The notes under the pieces are model-generated. The model was not told where the DNA came from. It did not search any database and saw nothing but the letters and a program-made list of their open reading frames with translations. From an uncultured Nitrososphaeraceae archaeon (GTDB lineage: Archaea > Thermoproteota > Nitrososphaeria > Nitrososphaerales > Nitrososphaeraceae), in assembly GCA_963765895.1 (NCBI GenBank), contig CAVXZB010000010.1, positions 1 through 41,693 of the forward strand: a stretch of 41,693 nt of DNA, in the 5' to 3' direction. Within the stretch, counting starts at the first letter, position 1; each line of letters begins with the position of its first letter. The position numbers were made by a program, and so were the translations under genes. Shown here one piece after another: positions 22,255 through 32,670 of the stretch.

Positions 22255-22678
22255 TAAGATAGTCTATCTATATTCTAACACAATTTTCAAGAGATATTTT
22301 GATGGCTGGTATCCCAAAATTGGGATTGTAGCGCTCATGGTTACATCAAAATTATTACTGAACAATGTTTGAATACATAAGGTAGAACCATATCTACTAT
22401 ATCATATCCACTATGTTTAAACAAGCAGTATATTACTCCAGAATAGCATCATGTTTTACTCTTCCTGAGTAGCTTCACTTAATAGCTGGGATTACTGGCC
22501 AGTCTACAAGGAAATATGCATTATGTATATAACAGACTGTTAAATTGCCCAGACATTACAATTTACTGGTGGAATGCCCTAGCGTGGCCTAAATAAATTC
22601 TTAAATAATTTGTATTGCTAAATTTCATGATGCCTAAGTGTTTTACAGTTGATATCAATTACAAAGGAGCCACAGATC

Positions 22679-22987
22679 ATGACTAATGTTAGCGTCGCGC
22701 TGTTTGTTAAGCTACAGGCAAAGCCTGGAAAAGAATCTGAAGTCGAAGATTTTCTCAAAGGGGGTCTATCAATTGTTCAAGAGGAACCATCAACTATTGC
22801 GTGGTTTGCAATTCGATTAGGACCATCCACTTTTGGTATTTTCGATGCCTTTCCGGATGAGTCCGGCAGGCAAGCTCACCTCGCAGGACGAGTAGCAACG
22901 GCCTTAAAGGAAAAGGCCTCTGAACTCTTGGTAGGATCGCCTAGCATAGAAAATGTCACAGTCCTAGCGGCCAAGTTACCTCAATAG
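22679..22987 (+). CDS. Antibiotic biosynthesis monooxygenase (ABM) / putative quinol monooxygenase (track ORF starts at 22649)
   Basis: LFVKLQAKPGKE.EVE.FL, WFAIRLGPSTFGIFDAFPDE.GRQAHL.G.VA.AL. AAGGAG lies upstream of the ATG at 22679. Confidence 0.92.
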   Translation: MTNVSVALFVKLQAKPGKESEVEDFLKGGLSIVQEEPSTIAWFAIRLGPSTFGIFDAFPDESGRQAHLAGRVATALKEKASELLVGSPSIENVTVLAAKLPQ

Positions 22988-23476
22988 ATGAGATTGTCAC
23001 TATTACAGTTGGCTAAGTCAAGCAGACTCTTGCAGCCAGAAAGGCATATGGTGTAGGGTGTACGTGAAAAGTTGGCATGACTGCTTTTGAGAGCCAATCG
23101 TAGTGTAATGTATGAAAGTGGGATCGGCTGCAGGGACGCTTATTCGATAAGGCTTTTATTGACATAGATTGTCATGATTCGAAATATTCCATGGTGTACT
23201 CGCAATCTGAACCCAATTTTTCTATACTTCGTGTCCCAAACAATGGTCGAATATTGATTTTAGTAGAGTGAATCCCACTCGAATCTATCTACAAAATGAT
23301 TGGAAGTATCTATGCCATCACGCGTTATGAAAGGTATGGTTATGAAAGATAGAATCAAACAATAAAAATAAATTATATGTTCAATAGACTAAGTTAGAAC
23401 TCGCAGCCATTTACAAACTAAAAAAAGAAAAAAGAAGTGTGGATAAATTCAGGCAAGAATCTTTTTCTCTATCTTT

Positions 23477-23750
23477 TTAGGATGGTTGTACACCGATTAC
23501 GTTTACTGCGTTACCGTCGCCTTGAATTTGGCTGCTTAATGCTTGACAGAAAACTTTCATTGGTAAAGTTCCATCACCGCAGACATTAGCCTGAGCCGCT
23601 GCCTGTGATTGTTTATTGTTATTTCCATGGTGATGATGTCTATGCTTTTTTGCAAACGCTAGCATGATCTATTGTGGTCAGAGAAGCTGTAGCAATCAGC
23701 ATAACACCTATTGCTGCTACTGCCATAATTGCGATCGTCTTGTTGTTCAT
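23477..23750 (-). pseudogene. Small secreted His/Gln/Asn-rich protein with two Cys; frameshift at ~23665 separates signal peptide from mature part
   Basis: Signal MNNKTIAIMAVAAIGVMLIATASLTTID from the ATG at 23750. A second frame gives AFA-KKHRHHHHGNNNKQSQAAAQANVCG...FCQALSSQIQGDGNAVNVIGVQPS*. Confidence 0.7.
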
Positions 23751-24125
23751 ATAATTCTGTGAACAGATAGATCTGATGGTTTATTACAATTAGGGTGATC
23801 AGTATGCTTCATTAAATCTGATATATCAAAGTTAAGAATTAACTCTATCTAAATTAGCTTCCTTAATTATGATAATGTATTTGGTTTAATCATTAATCAT
23901 ACTGTAATAGTTTATTTGAACCAATTGATGTTATCAATCTCTGACCAGACTTATGATTCTGGAGTATCAATGCAGTTCTTTTCTAAGCAACTACATTAGT
24001 ATTTATAGTCTATATACACGAATGTTCTATATTATGTTCAGGTAACGATCGGTTCTATACAATATTATAATCTAAGGAAATTTATCTAAATAACAATAAT
24101 ATATCTAGAATAACGATTGTAATTG

Positions 24126-24145
24126 GCAATAACAACTGTTATTGC
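24126..24145. promoter_or_regulatory. Palindrome GCAATAACA-AC-TGTTATTGC
   Basis: 9-bp perfect arms with a 2-nt spacer, intergenic. Confidence 0.35.
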
Positions 24146-24350
24146 ACTCTGTCGCTAACTTAAATAGTAATTTTTTCACGAATTCTAATAGTAATAGGAT
24201 ATATCAAACTCCATGAAATTGATGTTATATATTATATTTAGGAGATCGTGTAGATCTTAACTCTAGAATACAATTTGAAACCGTATTCTTGATGTGATTA
24301 AGTGGACTAATCTTTTCTATTTTCCTACAACGTCTAGAGTTGCACTAAAT

Positions 24351-25160
24351 CTAGTGAAGACCAAGCACTTGTTTGCGAGATAACGATATAGCTGCTATTA
24401 TTATACCTGCAACTCCTGCACCAATGCCCACCATCGCAATCATATATGAACGATCTACAGAGCTTTTAATATCCGAAATTGATTTCTGGATATTTCCCAT
24501 ATTCTTAGCCAATGATTGGATATCAGCTTTAGATGACTCTACATCGTTTGACATACCACTAATTATTGTCTGCAATTTTGGCCCCATATTGTTGCTCGTC
24601 GATTGTGTACCTGAAGTAATCACATTAGAGGTCGATGCATCTGGAAATGAGATCTTTTGTGTGGCTTCTACGATATCTAGTGGAATTTCTACGTTTGATA
24701 TCTTCTCTCCTTGAATGGTGCCATTCATAATAAGACTATACGAACCAACCCTAGTAGGCACTGTTTTAGATTCGTATTGACCCTCAGCCTGTTCAGAGGG
24801 GATAAAATCGACTGATTTTGTAATACTGCCGTATTTCTCCTTTACATCTAGATCAGCAAGTGCGTCTATTACAGGTGATTCCTGTCCGCCGGCAGAAGTT
24901 TTATTGACAGCGACAATAATGTTATTAACTTGTGCAGTTAGTGGTGGCTCGTCAAACCAGCCAACTTCGACTTTGATGTTTCCAATCTGTTTCGTTATAT
25001 GGGCATATACCGGTAGAATCAGCATGTTAGAAACATAACGCGCACCAAAAGCAGATATTATTAGAATACTGATAAGAAATGTAAGTAGACAAATACCAAA
25101 TTTGTTTAAAATGTCATAAATAATTATGAACACAAACTTCACCATCATTTTATAATTCAA
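24351..25160 (-). CDS. Exported, C-terminally membrane-anchored protein (Ig-like/YtkA-like domain plus coiled coil), predicted mature N-terminal His
   Basis: Signal ending VYA|HITKQ, VEVGW..EPP, G.Y....PTRVGSY, heptad region and C-terminal TM followed by RK. The true start may lie downstream of 25160. Confidence 0.8.
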   Translation of the reverse strand: MNYKMMVKFVFIIIYDILNKFGICLLTFLISILIISAFGARYVSNMLILPVYAHITKQIGNIKVEVGWFDEPPLTAQVNNIIVAVNKTSAGGQESPVIDALADLDVKEKYGSITKSVDFIPSEQAEGQYESKTVPTRVGSYSLIMNGTIQGEKISNVEIPLDIVEATQKISFPDASTSNVITSGTQSTSNNMGPKLQTIISGMSNDVESSKADIQSLAKNMGNIQKSISDIKSSVDRSYMIAMVGIGAGVAGIIIAAISLSRKQVLGLH

Positions 25161-25309
25161 ACGAAATATAAATATTCATGCTCACCTACTTCGAAATATC
25201 TTTAGATGTCACTACTACAATTAGATCAAATTAATAATTATATAAATCTATGAAATAACAACTCGACAAGTTATTATATTATTAGGTTGTATGTGATACT
25301 GTTTTATCG

Positions 25310-25852
25310 ATGCAAGCAGTTTATATTGTAGATGATGCAAAAATTGCAAGTGTCCTAATTGATCCCATGCGAAGAGCAATCTTGAATCTACTAAGACAGA
25401 AGCCCATGACTCAAGCTCAGCTAGCCAATGAGCTGGGTTTGTCTGGTGCCTCGCTTAATCATCATATGAAGATATTGAGGTCAAAGAAATTAGTTCTGGT
25501 AGTCAAAAGGGAGATTGAAAGACATAGGATTATGCAAATATTCTTCTCGAGTGTAGCATATCTGTTTGTGTACGATCTTAATTCATTACCTAAAAACATT
25601 TCCCGGTATTTTTACCCGGTGAGCTTGGAAAGAGCGAGAGTCCTTATTGCTGTACTGATGTTAAAGGAGAGGTCATTTAAAATTGATCAGAATCCAGAAA
25701 TTACCAATAACTTGGCTGAGCGGTTATCTGAGTTAATTGTAAAGACGGCAAGAAGATATGAACGTAAGAGTATTGAATCCTCATATGAAAGAATAGCTTT
25801 TGAAATATATGCGAAGTCAGTCAGCGAACTATTGCTTACAAATATCCATTAA
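25310..25852 (+). CDS. ArsR-family winged helix-turn-helix transcriptional regulator
   Basis: L.DPMRRAILNLL..KPMT..QLA.ELGLS.ASL.HH.K.L. Divergent from 24351..25160. Confidence 0.9.
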   Translation: MQAVYIVDDAKIASVLIDPMRRAILNLLRQKPMTQAQLANELGLSGASLNHHMKILRSKKLVLVVKREIERHRIMQIFFSSVAYLFVYDLNSLPKNISRYFYPVSLERARVLIAVLMLKERSFKIDQNPEITNNLAERLSELIVKTARRYERKSIESSYERIAFEIYAKSVSELLLTNIH

Positions 25853-25999
25853 TTGGAATTGTACACATTGGGGATCTACTGACCAAATTTAGCCTTCTAT
25901 GATACAGAGACAAGGTAGGAGGTAATAGTCGAGCCAACAAAATTTTATCCTATCTCACTTTACAGTTCGTTAATTCAGAACTGACTGTCAAACCTTGTA

Positions 26000-28065
26000 T
26001 CAATAGGTGTTTTTAACCTCATATACTCTATGTGCATCTATCTTTTCTTTCTTTTCTTTCTTGGTGTCTATTTTTCGAATCATTATCATGGATACAGACA
26101 AAGCTCCCAGCATAGCAAGTGTTTCTGCAATTGCTGATGGAAATTCTGGAACTACCACATACCCTCTAGCAATTCCATTTCTAGATAAATCTGGTACAGC
26201 TTGTCCTGTTCTCTGTAAGGCCTTGATCTTTATCTCTAATTGATACACATCCTTTGCAGGAAATGTAACAGTCTGTGTACCCAGTCCATTTTTGGCTACA
26301 AGATTTTCTTTCTTTACTGCAGTTGTGCCATTTTTATCAAGTATCATTAGATCATACTTTACATCTGCATTTAGCGGACCTGAGGTCATGGCATCACTGA
26401 ACTGGGCTTTTACATTTGATTCCTTTGCTGGTGCAAGCGGATTAGGTGACCAAGTAACTATTACGTGAATTGCTCCTGTATCCGTGGCAAGATCTGAAGA
26501 TGTTTGAGCAGAAGCAGCTGATGATGTTGGGGTTTTTTTATTGGATTCAGCGTTGCTCATTAGGGCAAATGTCATTACACCTAGGTCTGATGCTTTTTGT
26601 CTATTGTGAGAGATAATAGAACTAGTAGGGGTATTCTTATTATTATTATTGTAGTATTGTTAGAATTATTATTGTTAGTATTGTTAGAGTTATTAGTATT
26701 AGTATTAGTAATGCTGCTAGCATTAGCGGCAACCAGAATAAGTTTTGGCCTGGCTACATTCTGATCGTAAAGATTGGTATCCTTATTCTTAAAAATACCT
26801 AGAATATCGTTGTCATTATAAGCTGTCTTGCTTACAGTTGCAAATGAAGATCCTCCTACTATCCTTGTCTTCTCTATTGTCGGTGTTGTTGATGTCTTAT
26901 TATTATTACTATTACTATTATTATTACTATTACTATTATTATTACTAAGACTATTAGCATTACTAGTATTGACAGTGGAAGAGGAAGAGGAAGAGGAAGA
27001 AGAGGAGCTATTTGTAGCAGCAGCTCCACTAATGTTTCCTTGTTGTTGTTCAGCATGTTGTTGTTCTGGATGTTGTAATTGCTTTTGTCTTGCCTCTGCT
27101 ATCTTTATGATATCATCCTTATTTATCAAATAATGCAGGACCAGTGCATTTGGATAAGAGAATGGATCTATGGCCAATGATCTTCCTGTTATAGGAATAC
27201 CATTAACTGTAGCATTGAAAGAACCTGCAAAACCACTGCCCACAAAGTTCTTCCAGGATTTTGGCAACCTGAGCTCTTCATGTACAAATATGTTCTGTTT
27301 CTGAATTCTCGACAAATTCCAGTCAAAGGGCATCTGCCAGGTTATATTCTTTGTATTAGGATCGAATTTGAAGTTGTGAACTCTGTCGTAGTAAGAGATA
27401 AGTGTAGTATTATATTTTTGACCATTGCTAGGATCTGCTATGTTGTTACGAAAAACATCTCCTACGCTAAGATAAGAATCAAATTTTGGTGCTTGATCAG
27501 GTATGAAGAGGTTTCTATCGTTATCAATTCCAAAGATTTCTATGTGAATATGATATAGTCCTCCGGCATTTAGAACTGGACCTCTTAGGCTTATCGAACC
27601 ACCTGGATCGGCCACCCAGGCATTTTGAAATGGATCTCTTTCGCCATTAATTGTAACTTGTCCTCCGGTAGTGTTGATAGGCTCTATTTTTAGAGTTAAT
27701 AAACCATTGTGAGCATGAAAAAAGTCCCTCAAAATTGGTTTGGTTCCTGGTGCCGCTTGAGCAGTGCCTTTAGTAACAGTAATATCATAAGTAACGTGTT
27801 GGATAGTTTCGTTAGTATTTGCATCAAATAGCCGCATTTGCAGATATGTATTACCTTTGGTATCAGTTGTTAGTATAGGAGGACTTACCTTCACAAAGAG
27901 ACTTGCTTTTCTATTACCAACAGTAGCAGGAGGAAGATTTTCCTGAGTCAAACCATCAGCATACGCTTTCTGGTTAAGGAAATATTCGTCAATCATAGAG
28001 AGGGATATTATCAGATTGCTCATAAGAACGACTGTAATTAAGAAACGTAAATCAGATGAATTCAT
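26000..28065 (-). pseudogene. PEF-CTERM (archaeosortase-type signal) cell-surface protein, split by one frameshift at ~26652 (ORFs 26581..28065 and 26000..26575)
   Basis: Signal AYA|DGLTQENLPP and His motifs DFFHAHNG, YHIHIE, FVHEE. Shifting frame in the AAT tract gives NNNNKNTPTSS...DLGVMTFALM, which joins the two ORFs. The end is VVVPEFP + TM + basic tail. Confidence 0.85.
26637..27065. repeat. Low-complexity microsatellite region (AAT/AGT tracts, (GGAAGA)4 at 26977-27000, CAA runs) encoding Q/S/N-rich linkers
   Basis: Direct read. Confidence 0.85.
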
Positions 28066-28420
28066 GTTATGCTATCTCATTTAATTTTATTGAATAGATA
28101 AATATAACCATTAGCCTTATATAGGATAATCTAAAATGATATGGCTGATTATTTATATCTGAAATAGATTGCATCCTTTATTCGATTATTGAATTATTGA
28201 GATTAGTAGATAAGTATACCCGAAAATTGAGCATACAATTCGAAATAGATTGTCACAAAATGTCAATTAATAAAATAACAATTTTTTAGGAATGTAATTA
28301 CAACATATAGCGCATATATTCTATTTTTTATTCATACCTAAGTAATTGTATCAAAGTTACAGAAATAATTATATTGGTAATGCTAACGCTAACAACATAC
28401 TATACTTCCTTTATACACAT

Positions 28421-29005
28421 TTATCTGTGTATCTGAAACGAAGAAATTGTCGTCTCTATATCTTTGATGTTCTTTTGATATATTTCTGGTTTAGCAATGT
28501 ATGTCAAGGTGTAAAGTCTCTCATTATGAGCAGCAGATATTTCTAATTTTTGAAGCCCTCCCAATGCAGACGTTTTGAAAGTAATTTGCTTAGATGGGAA
28601 GCCAGATAAGGTCGTGTTCATTGTACTATAGTCAATAACATACGGATTTCGTTTCAGGTCCTTTACCTCTTGTATATTTCGTGTATTTTGCATCTTCATC
28701 GCTGTTTGAGTACAAGATTTGCTTGCAATATTACTGGCATTCTGTTTGCATAGAGCGAATTTTTCAACAGTTATGGAAAACAGGGATTTCAGATTAGGAA
28801 ATTGATTTTCTGGTGTTACAAATAGTACGTTTGAATAATTGTTGTTTAGATTGATTTCAGAAATTTTCATCCAGTTATTAGAATAATCCATTTTAAATCC
28901 CAATCGAATATTTTGATATGTGCTACTTTGATATCTATTAGGTATTCGTGTTAATATGGCGAAGGTAGATATTTGTTGCGCTGATGCTACTATAGATATA
29001 TTCAA
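28421..29005 (-). CDS. PsbP/Mog1-like domain protein (probably exported)
   Basis: TYQN..LGFKMDY..NW, TTLSG.P...ITF and LYTLTY.A.PE.Y.....IE..ISSFQI. Confidence 0.75.
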   Translation of the reverse strand: MNISIVASAQQISTFAILTRIPNRYQSSTYQNIRLGFKMDYSNNWMKISEINLNNNYSNVLFVTPENQFPNLKSLFSITVEKFALCKQNASNIASKSCTQTAMKMQNTRNIQEVKDLKRNPYVIDYSTMNTTLSGFPSKQITFKTSALGGLQKLEISAAHNERLYTLTYIAKPEIYQKNIKDIETTISSFQIHR

Positions 29006-29099
29006 AATATTATATCGATTAAAGTATAAGTAAATAGATTACAAGAACATTTTTCTCGTCCATTGACGTGATGATGAGACCTAAATCGCGTAGATCTCA

Positions 29100-30968
29100 T
29101 TAAATTATCCTATTATTGTTAAAACTGTTATTATCATGTTTACTTTTTATAGATGATACGACATTCTCGCTTTGCTTTAAACTGATGATGCTCCCTGCAT
29201 ATATTACTGCACTAAATATTATTCCTAGTGCAACAGTAGGACCAGCGACGTCAGCATAGCTGAAACCTAGTTGTGGAATGGCACTATTACTATTATTTTT
29301 ATTGTTACTCTGTGATGATGAAGAAGAAAGAGAACCAGCTGAATTTGTACTCGATTGCAATGGATTTAAACTTGGCTTGATTACGCCAAGAGAGTCACCT
29401 CGTTGTTCTGCAAACCATATGTTACCGCTTGAATCACTAGTTAACCACTGAACAAAGGGGTTCCTTGCAGGAACATTTACTTCTTTGTGTGTTCCTGTTC
29501 TCGGATCAATGACTGATATTTTATTTACTACATGTTCTGCAACCCACATATTATGATAATTATCAAATTCCATACCAAATGGTAGACCCTTGGGATCAAG
29601 ACCAGAATATCTTTTGAATATTTTCAGTACTGGGTTAAACATAGTTATTGCATGACCATCGTGTTCTGTTATGTAAATATTGTCAGTATCCTGATCAATT
29701 AATAATGCAGTGGGACTCTTTAATGGAGAGCTATTTTTATAGCTGTTAAGATTGCTGCCTGAACTATTATTCTTTGGTTCATATTCAGTAATTTTATAGC
29801 TCTTGTTAGGATCTATGCTAGCTATCTTGCCAGATCCACCTTCTGTAATCCATACCAATCCATCATCTCTATCTATTGCTATACCAAGAGGGCCAGCATT
29901 CGGTGTGGGTAAAGAATACTTGGTAAAGCCTTTGTTCTGACTATCAAACTTTAGTACAGAATTATCGGAAGATAATGTAATCCATACATTACTTTTATTA
30001 GTATTATCTCCTCCATTATCGCCACTACTAGATCCGACCGCAATACCGGAAGGTGGCCCCTGACTTTGAATTTTGTAATTTTGGTTGGCTTCAGTATTGA
30101 TATCAAATGTTCCTAAAAATTTATTCAATGGATCAATATACCATATGCGATTGTTATTGTTTGGATCAAGAGCCATTCCTGTGATAATACTAGATCCATT
30201 GATCTTATGTAAAACATATTTGCCGGTATTGAGGCTGAATTCTAATATTCTTCCGCTACCTATAGCTGTATCGCCAACCCAGATTGCGTTTCTACTCTTG
30301 TCGTATATAGGATAGAGTGGCTGGCTTACAGTACCACTGTTATTCCTGCCTGAAGGAATTCGAAATTCTTTAACACTAAATTTCATTTGATCAAGAGAGG
30401 GCCTGACTAGCAGATCAAAAATACCTACTACGCTAGGCTCATTCTTCTTATTAGGTATGCCTTCTACTTGGATCTCCCATTTTCCAGGTAGGCCAAAAGA
30501 CGCCTTACTGGAATATACTCCCTTAGTATCCGGGACTGGATTTGTATCCACCTCAATAGGTCCTATTCCTTTCTCTGTCTGTGTTAGTCGCATTTTTGCA
30601 GAGTTAATGTCTACAGGATTTCTGTGTAAATCCAAAAATTTTACTTGAAAATTATTGCTACCTAGTGTAAATGGATCTATTGAGAGAACTACCATATTAT
30701 TCCCATCTTCTGTAAAACTTGTAGAAGTAAAAGGTTGACCTCCTATCTGGGAAGGCAAGAGTTGTATCTGTTGTTGCTGCTTCTGTTGTTGGATAAGATT
30801 TTGAAATTCACTTGCAGGTAGTCCACTGTTTACCATAACGGCTACAGCAGCCAATAACGCAATTCCAAGTATTGCTTCAGCTTTAGTGGTCTTATTAAAT
30901 TCAGAAACTGCAGTACATATCGCTATCTTCGATGGAGATGGTTGTACTTTTCTTATCTTTTGTTCCAT
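29100..30968 (-). CDS. C-terminal fragment of the fusion: last CopD helix, YtkA-like domain and virginiamycin B lyase-like beta-propeller
   Basis: Repeats such as GPLGIAID.DG.VWITE, LPFGMEFD...NMWVAEH and GNIWFAEQ. Confidence 0.8.
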   Translation of the reverse strand: MEQKIRKVQPSPSKIAICTAVSEFNKTTKAEAILGIALLAAVAVMVNSGLPASEFQNLIQQQKQQQQIQLLPSQIGGQPFTSTSFTEDGNNMVVLSIDPFTLGSNNFQVKFLDLHRNPVDINSAKMRLTQTEKGIGPIEVDTNPVPDTKGVYSSKASFGLPGKWEIQVEGIPNKKNEPSVVGIFDLLVRPSLDQMKFSVKEFRIPSGRNNSGTVSQPLYPIYDKSRNAIWVGDTAIGSGRILEFSLNTGKYVLHKINGSSIITGMALDPNNNNRIWYIDPLNKFLGTFDINTEANQNYKIQSQGPPSGIAVGSSSGDNGGDNTNKSNVWITLSSDNSVLKFDSQNKGFTKYSLPTPNAGPLGIAIDRDDGLVWITEGGSGKIASIDPNKSYKITEYEPKNNSSGSNLNSYKNSSPLKSPTALLIDQDTDNIYITEHDGHAITMFNPVLKIFKRYSGLDPKGLPFGMEFDNYHNMWVAEHVVNKISVIDPRTGTHKEVNVPARNPFVQWLTSDSSGNIWFAEQRGDSLGVIKPSLNPLQSSTNSAGSLSSSSSQSNNKNNSNSAIPQLGFSYADVAGPTVALGIIFSAVIYAGSIISLKQSENVVSSIKSKHDNNSFNNNRII

Positions 30969-31521
30969 TACCTCTTGCTTTTCTATTCATAGATGGACTA
31001 TATTCATCACTATCTGGACTGCCATTTGATGGCCTTCTTAAGCCTAGATTAATCCTTCCAAATTGAAGAAATCGTCTACCATTCTTTATAGAGTAATCTG
31101 TTTCTTCACCGATGGTTGGTTTAATTGTGAGAACTGACGCCTCCCTTAGTGCCTTAGTATGAATAACTGCCTGGTTATAGCCACCTATACCAATCATAAT
31201 CGCGGCAAGTACAAGCTTCACAATCAAGGCCTTTCCATAAAATGAAGCTATAGTCAAAGCCAAGTTGCTTTCTAATATGTATAGGAGAAATGGTCCAGTA
31301 ACTACAATGATGCCAGGTACCGTCACTGGAATGATTGAAAACCTAGGAAGTAATATAGAGAGTATGCAACCTTTTATGTACTCCTCGACTGATGCAGTTT
31401 TTAGCTTGGGAATTACAACAAAAGCAATATAAATTAATCCACCAATCCAAAAAGATGCTGCTAAATTATGAATATAATCAATAGTCATTGGAATAGTATT
31501 CTTTGAGACCTGCTGCCCCAT
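30901..31521 (-). CDS. copD: CopD-domain fragment of the fusion
   Basis: H.LAASFWIGG, LPRFS, TG, YGKALIVKL and GGYN. Confidence 0.75.
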   Translation of the reverse strand: MGQQVSKNTIPMTIDYIHNLAASFWIGGLIYIAFVVIPKLKTASVEEYIKGCILSILLPRFSIIPVTVPGIIVVTGPFLLYILESNLALTIASFYGKALIVKLVLAAIMIGIGGYNQAVIHTKALREASVLTIKPTIGEETDYSIKNGRRFLQFGRINLGLRRPSNGSPDSDEYSPSMNRKARGNGTKDKKSTTISIEDSDMYCSF

Positions 31522-32003
31522 GACTAATTAGACTTGTGGTTAATAGAGTTAGCACACCAATTACCAAAAAACTTACTATAGTTTTCTTGGTTAAATTTGG
31601 TGAAGCAGATGAGGATGAAGATAGCGTCGTCGTCTTTTCAAGCTGTAACTTTTTGATTCTGACTTTTCTAAAATATCTGTTTCTTATAATTCCTTTTTTG
31701 AAACACAATACCAAGGATATACAGAAAAGTATGACCGATAGGACTATTCTGATAACCCAGATACCACCAAAATTGGTAGCGATTGCATCAAGAACAGTTG
31801 CATTAATCGAATAAGCTTGATCATAAATCCTGGCAAAATATGATGAATTAAATAATAGAGCCAATTAACATCAAAATTATAAAACTCCGATCTAATCTTT
31901 CTCTTCGTCTTTTCAATAGAGATACTTAACCATTCAATTTTAGATATAGGCTTCCAAATCCAAAGAGTTGCAAAAGAGCCGCCAACAATAATAACTTGAC
32001 CTA

Positions 32004-32318
32004 CTAATGAAGGAAATCTAGCAGTCGAATCAGGAATAGAATATCTTGTAAAGATGGTTGTGTATGACTGGATCCAGACTTGCCCACATTACTAGGAACT
32101 GTCGCTTTACCAACGCCAAATACAAATGCGTTATCAGTAACATGGCCATCCACTTCTGACAGCATTTTTGTAGATACTGTGTAGACACCATCCTCGATGC
32201 CTGATGGCAAGCTTACGCTCAGTAAAGTATGATCACCATTGACAGAATGTATGTCTTTTTTATCTACTTCCTTTCCATTTGCATCAACAACTGAAACTTT
32301 GCTATAGCGTGCATCCAC
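32004..32318 (-). CDS. copC: CopC-domain fragment of the fusion
   Basis: GVYTVSTKMLSEVDGHVT..AFVFGVG (CopC DGH Cu ligand motif). Confidence 0.75.
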   Translation of the reverse strand: MDARYSKVSVVDANGKEVDKKDIHSVNGDHTLLSVSLPSGIEDGVYTVSTKMLSEVDGHVTDNAFVFGVGKATVPSNVGKSGSSHTQPSLQDILFLIRLLDFLH

Positions 32319-32558
32319 CGGTTCGCTTAGCGAAAGTTGAAGTTTGGAGGTGTGTTTTAATGAAGGGCTTGTCGCTATATATTAGAACTGCGTGCCCATA
32401 TGATTTATGAACCACAAACGGAGTAAATATTAAAATTGAAATTGAACACGATGTGGCTAGAATTATTAACAAAACAAAAGGATAACTTGTACATTTATCT
32501 GACAGGATATTCTTTCTATCAGTCATACACAGTATCCTCTATTTATGCAGGATTCTTC

Positions 32559-32670
32559 ATATTTCAAAGGTAGCATCGTTGGACAATCGCCTTATGTTTT
32601 CCAATAGTAATGATAATCGTGTATATGATCATCATGTGCATGGGTTATGAGAAGAGCATTTGGTAGATAG
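32559..32670 (-). repeat. ~112-bp inverted repeat of 37026..37138
   Basis: Manual alignment shows 4 substitutions and one 1-bp indel. Confidence 0.9.

Larger units (their letters stand above)
29100..32526 (-). pseudogene. copCD: Copper resistance/uptake CopC-CopD-YtkA-like-beta-propeller fusion, split by about 5 frameshifts
   Basis: Signal SYG|HAV, CopC (SEPVD..YS.V.V, GVYTV....LSEVDGH), CopD TMs (SHGAA, DYIHNLAASFWIGG, RFS, YGKALIVKL), YtkA-like GKWEIQV, Vgb-like propeller and C-terminal TM. Shifts fall near 32365, 32042, 31850, 31510 and 30910-30960. Confidence 0.88.

Noticed and set aside
22565-22640. Fluoride-riboswitch-like 3' word (TGATGCCTA) upstream of ABM
   Set aside because: The 5' GGnGAUGG stem and pseudoknot partner are missing, and the downstream gene is not fluoride-related.
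26828-27133. Poly-Leu/poly-Glu/Cys-rich ORF that resembles a metallothionein or membrane peptide
   Set aside because: Antisense shadow of the N/S/Q low-complexity linker of the PEF-CTERM gene.
29100-30968. Calling this a streptogramin-resistance vgb gene
   Set aside because: The propeller is the exported C-terminal part of a CopCD fusion, and only fold-level similarity is evident.
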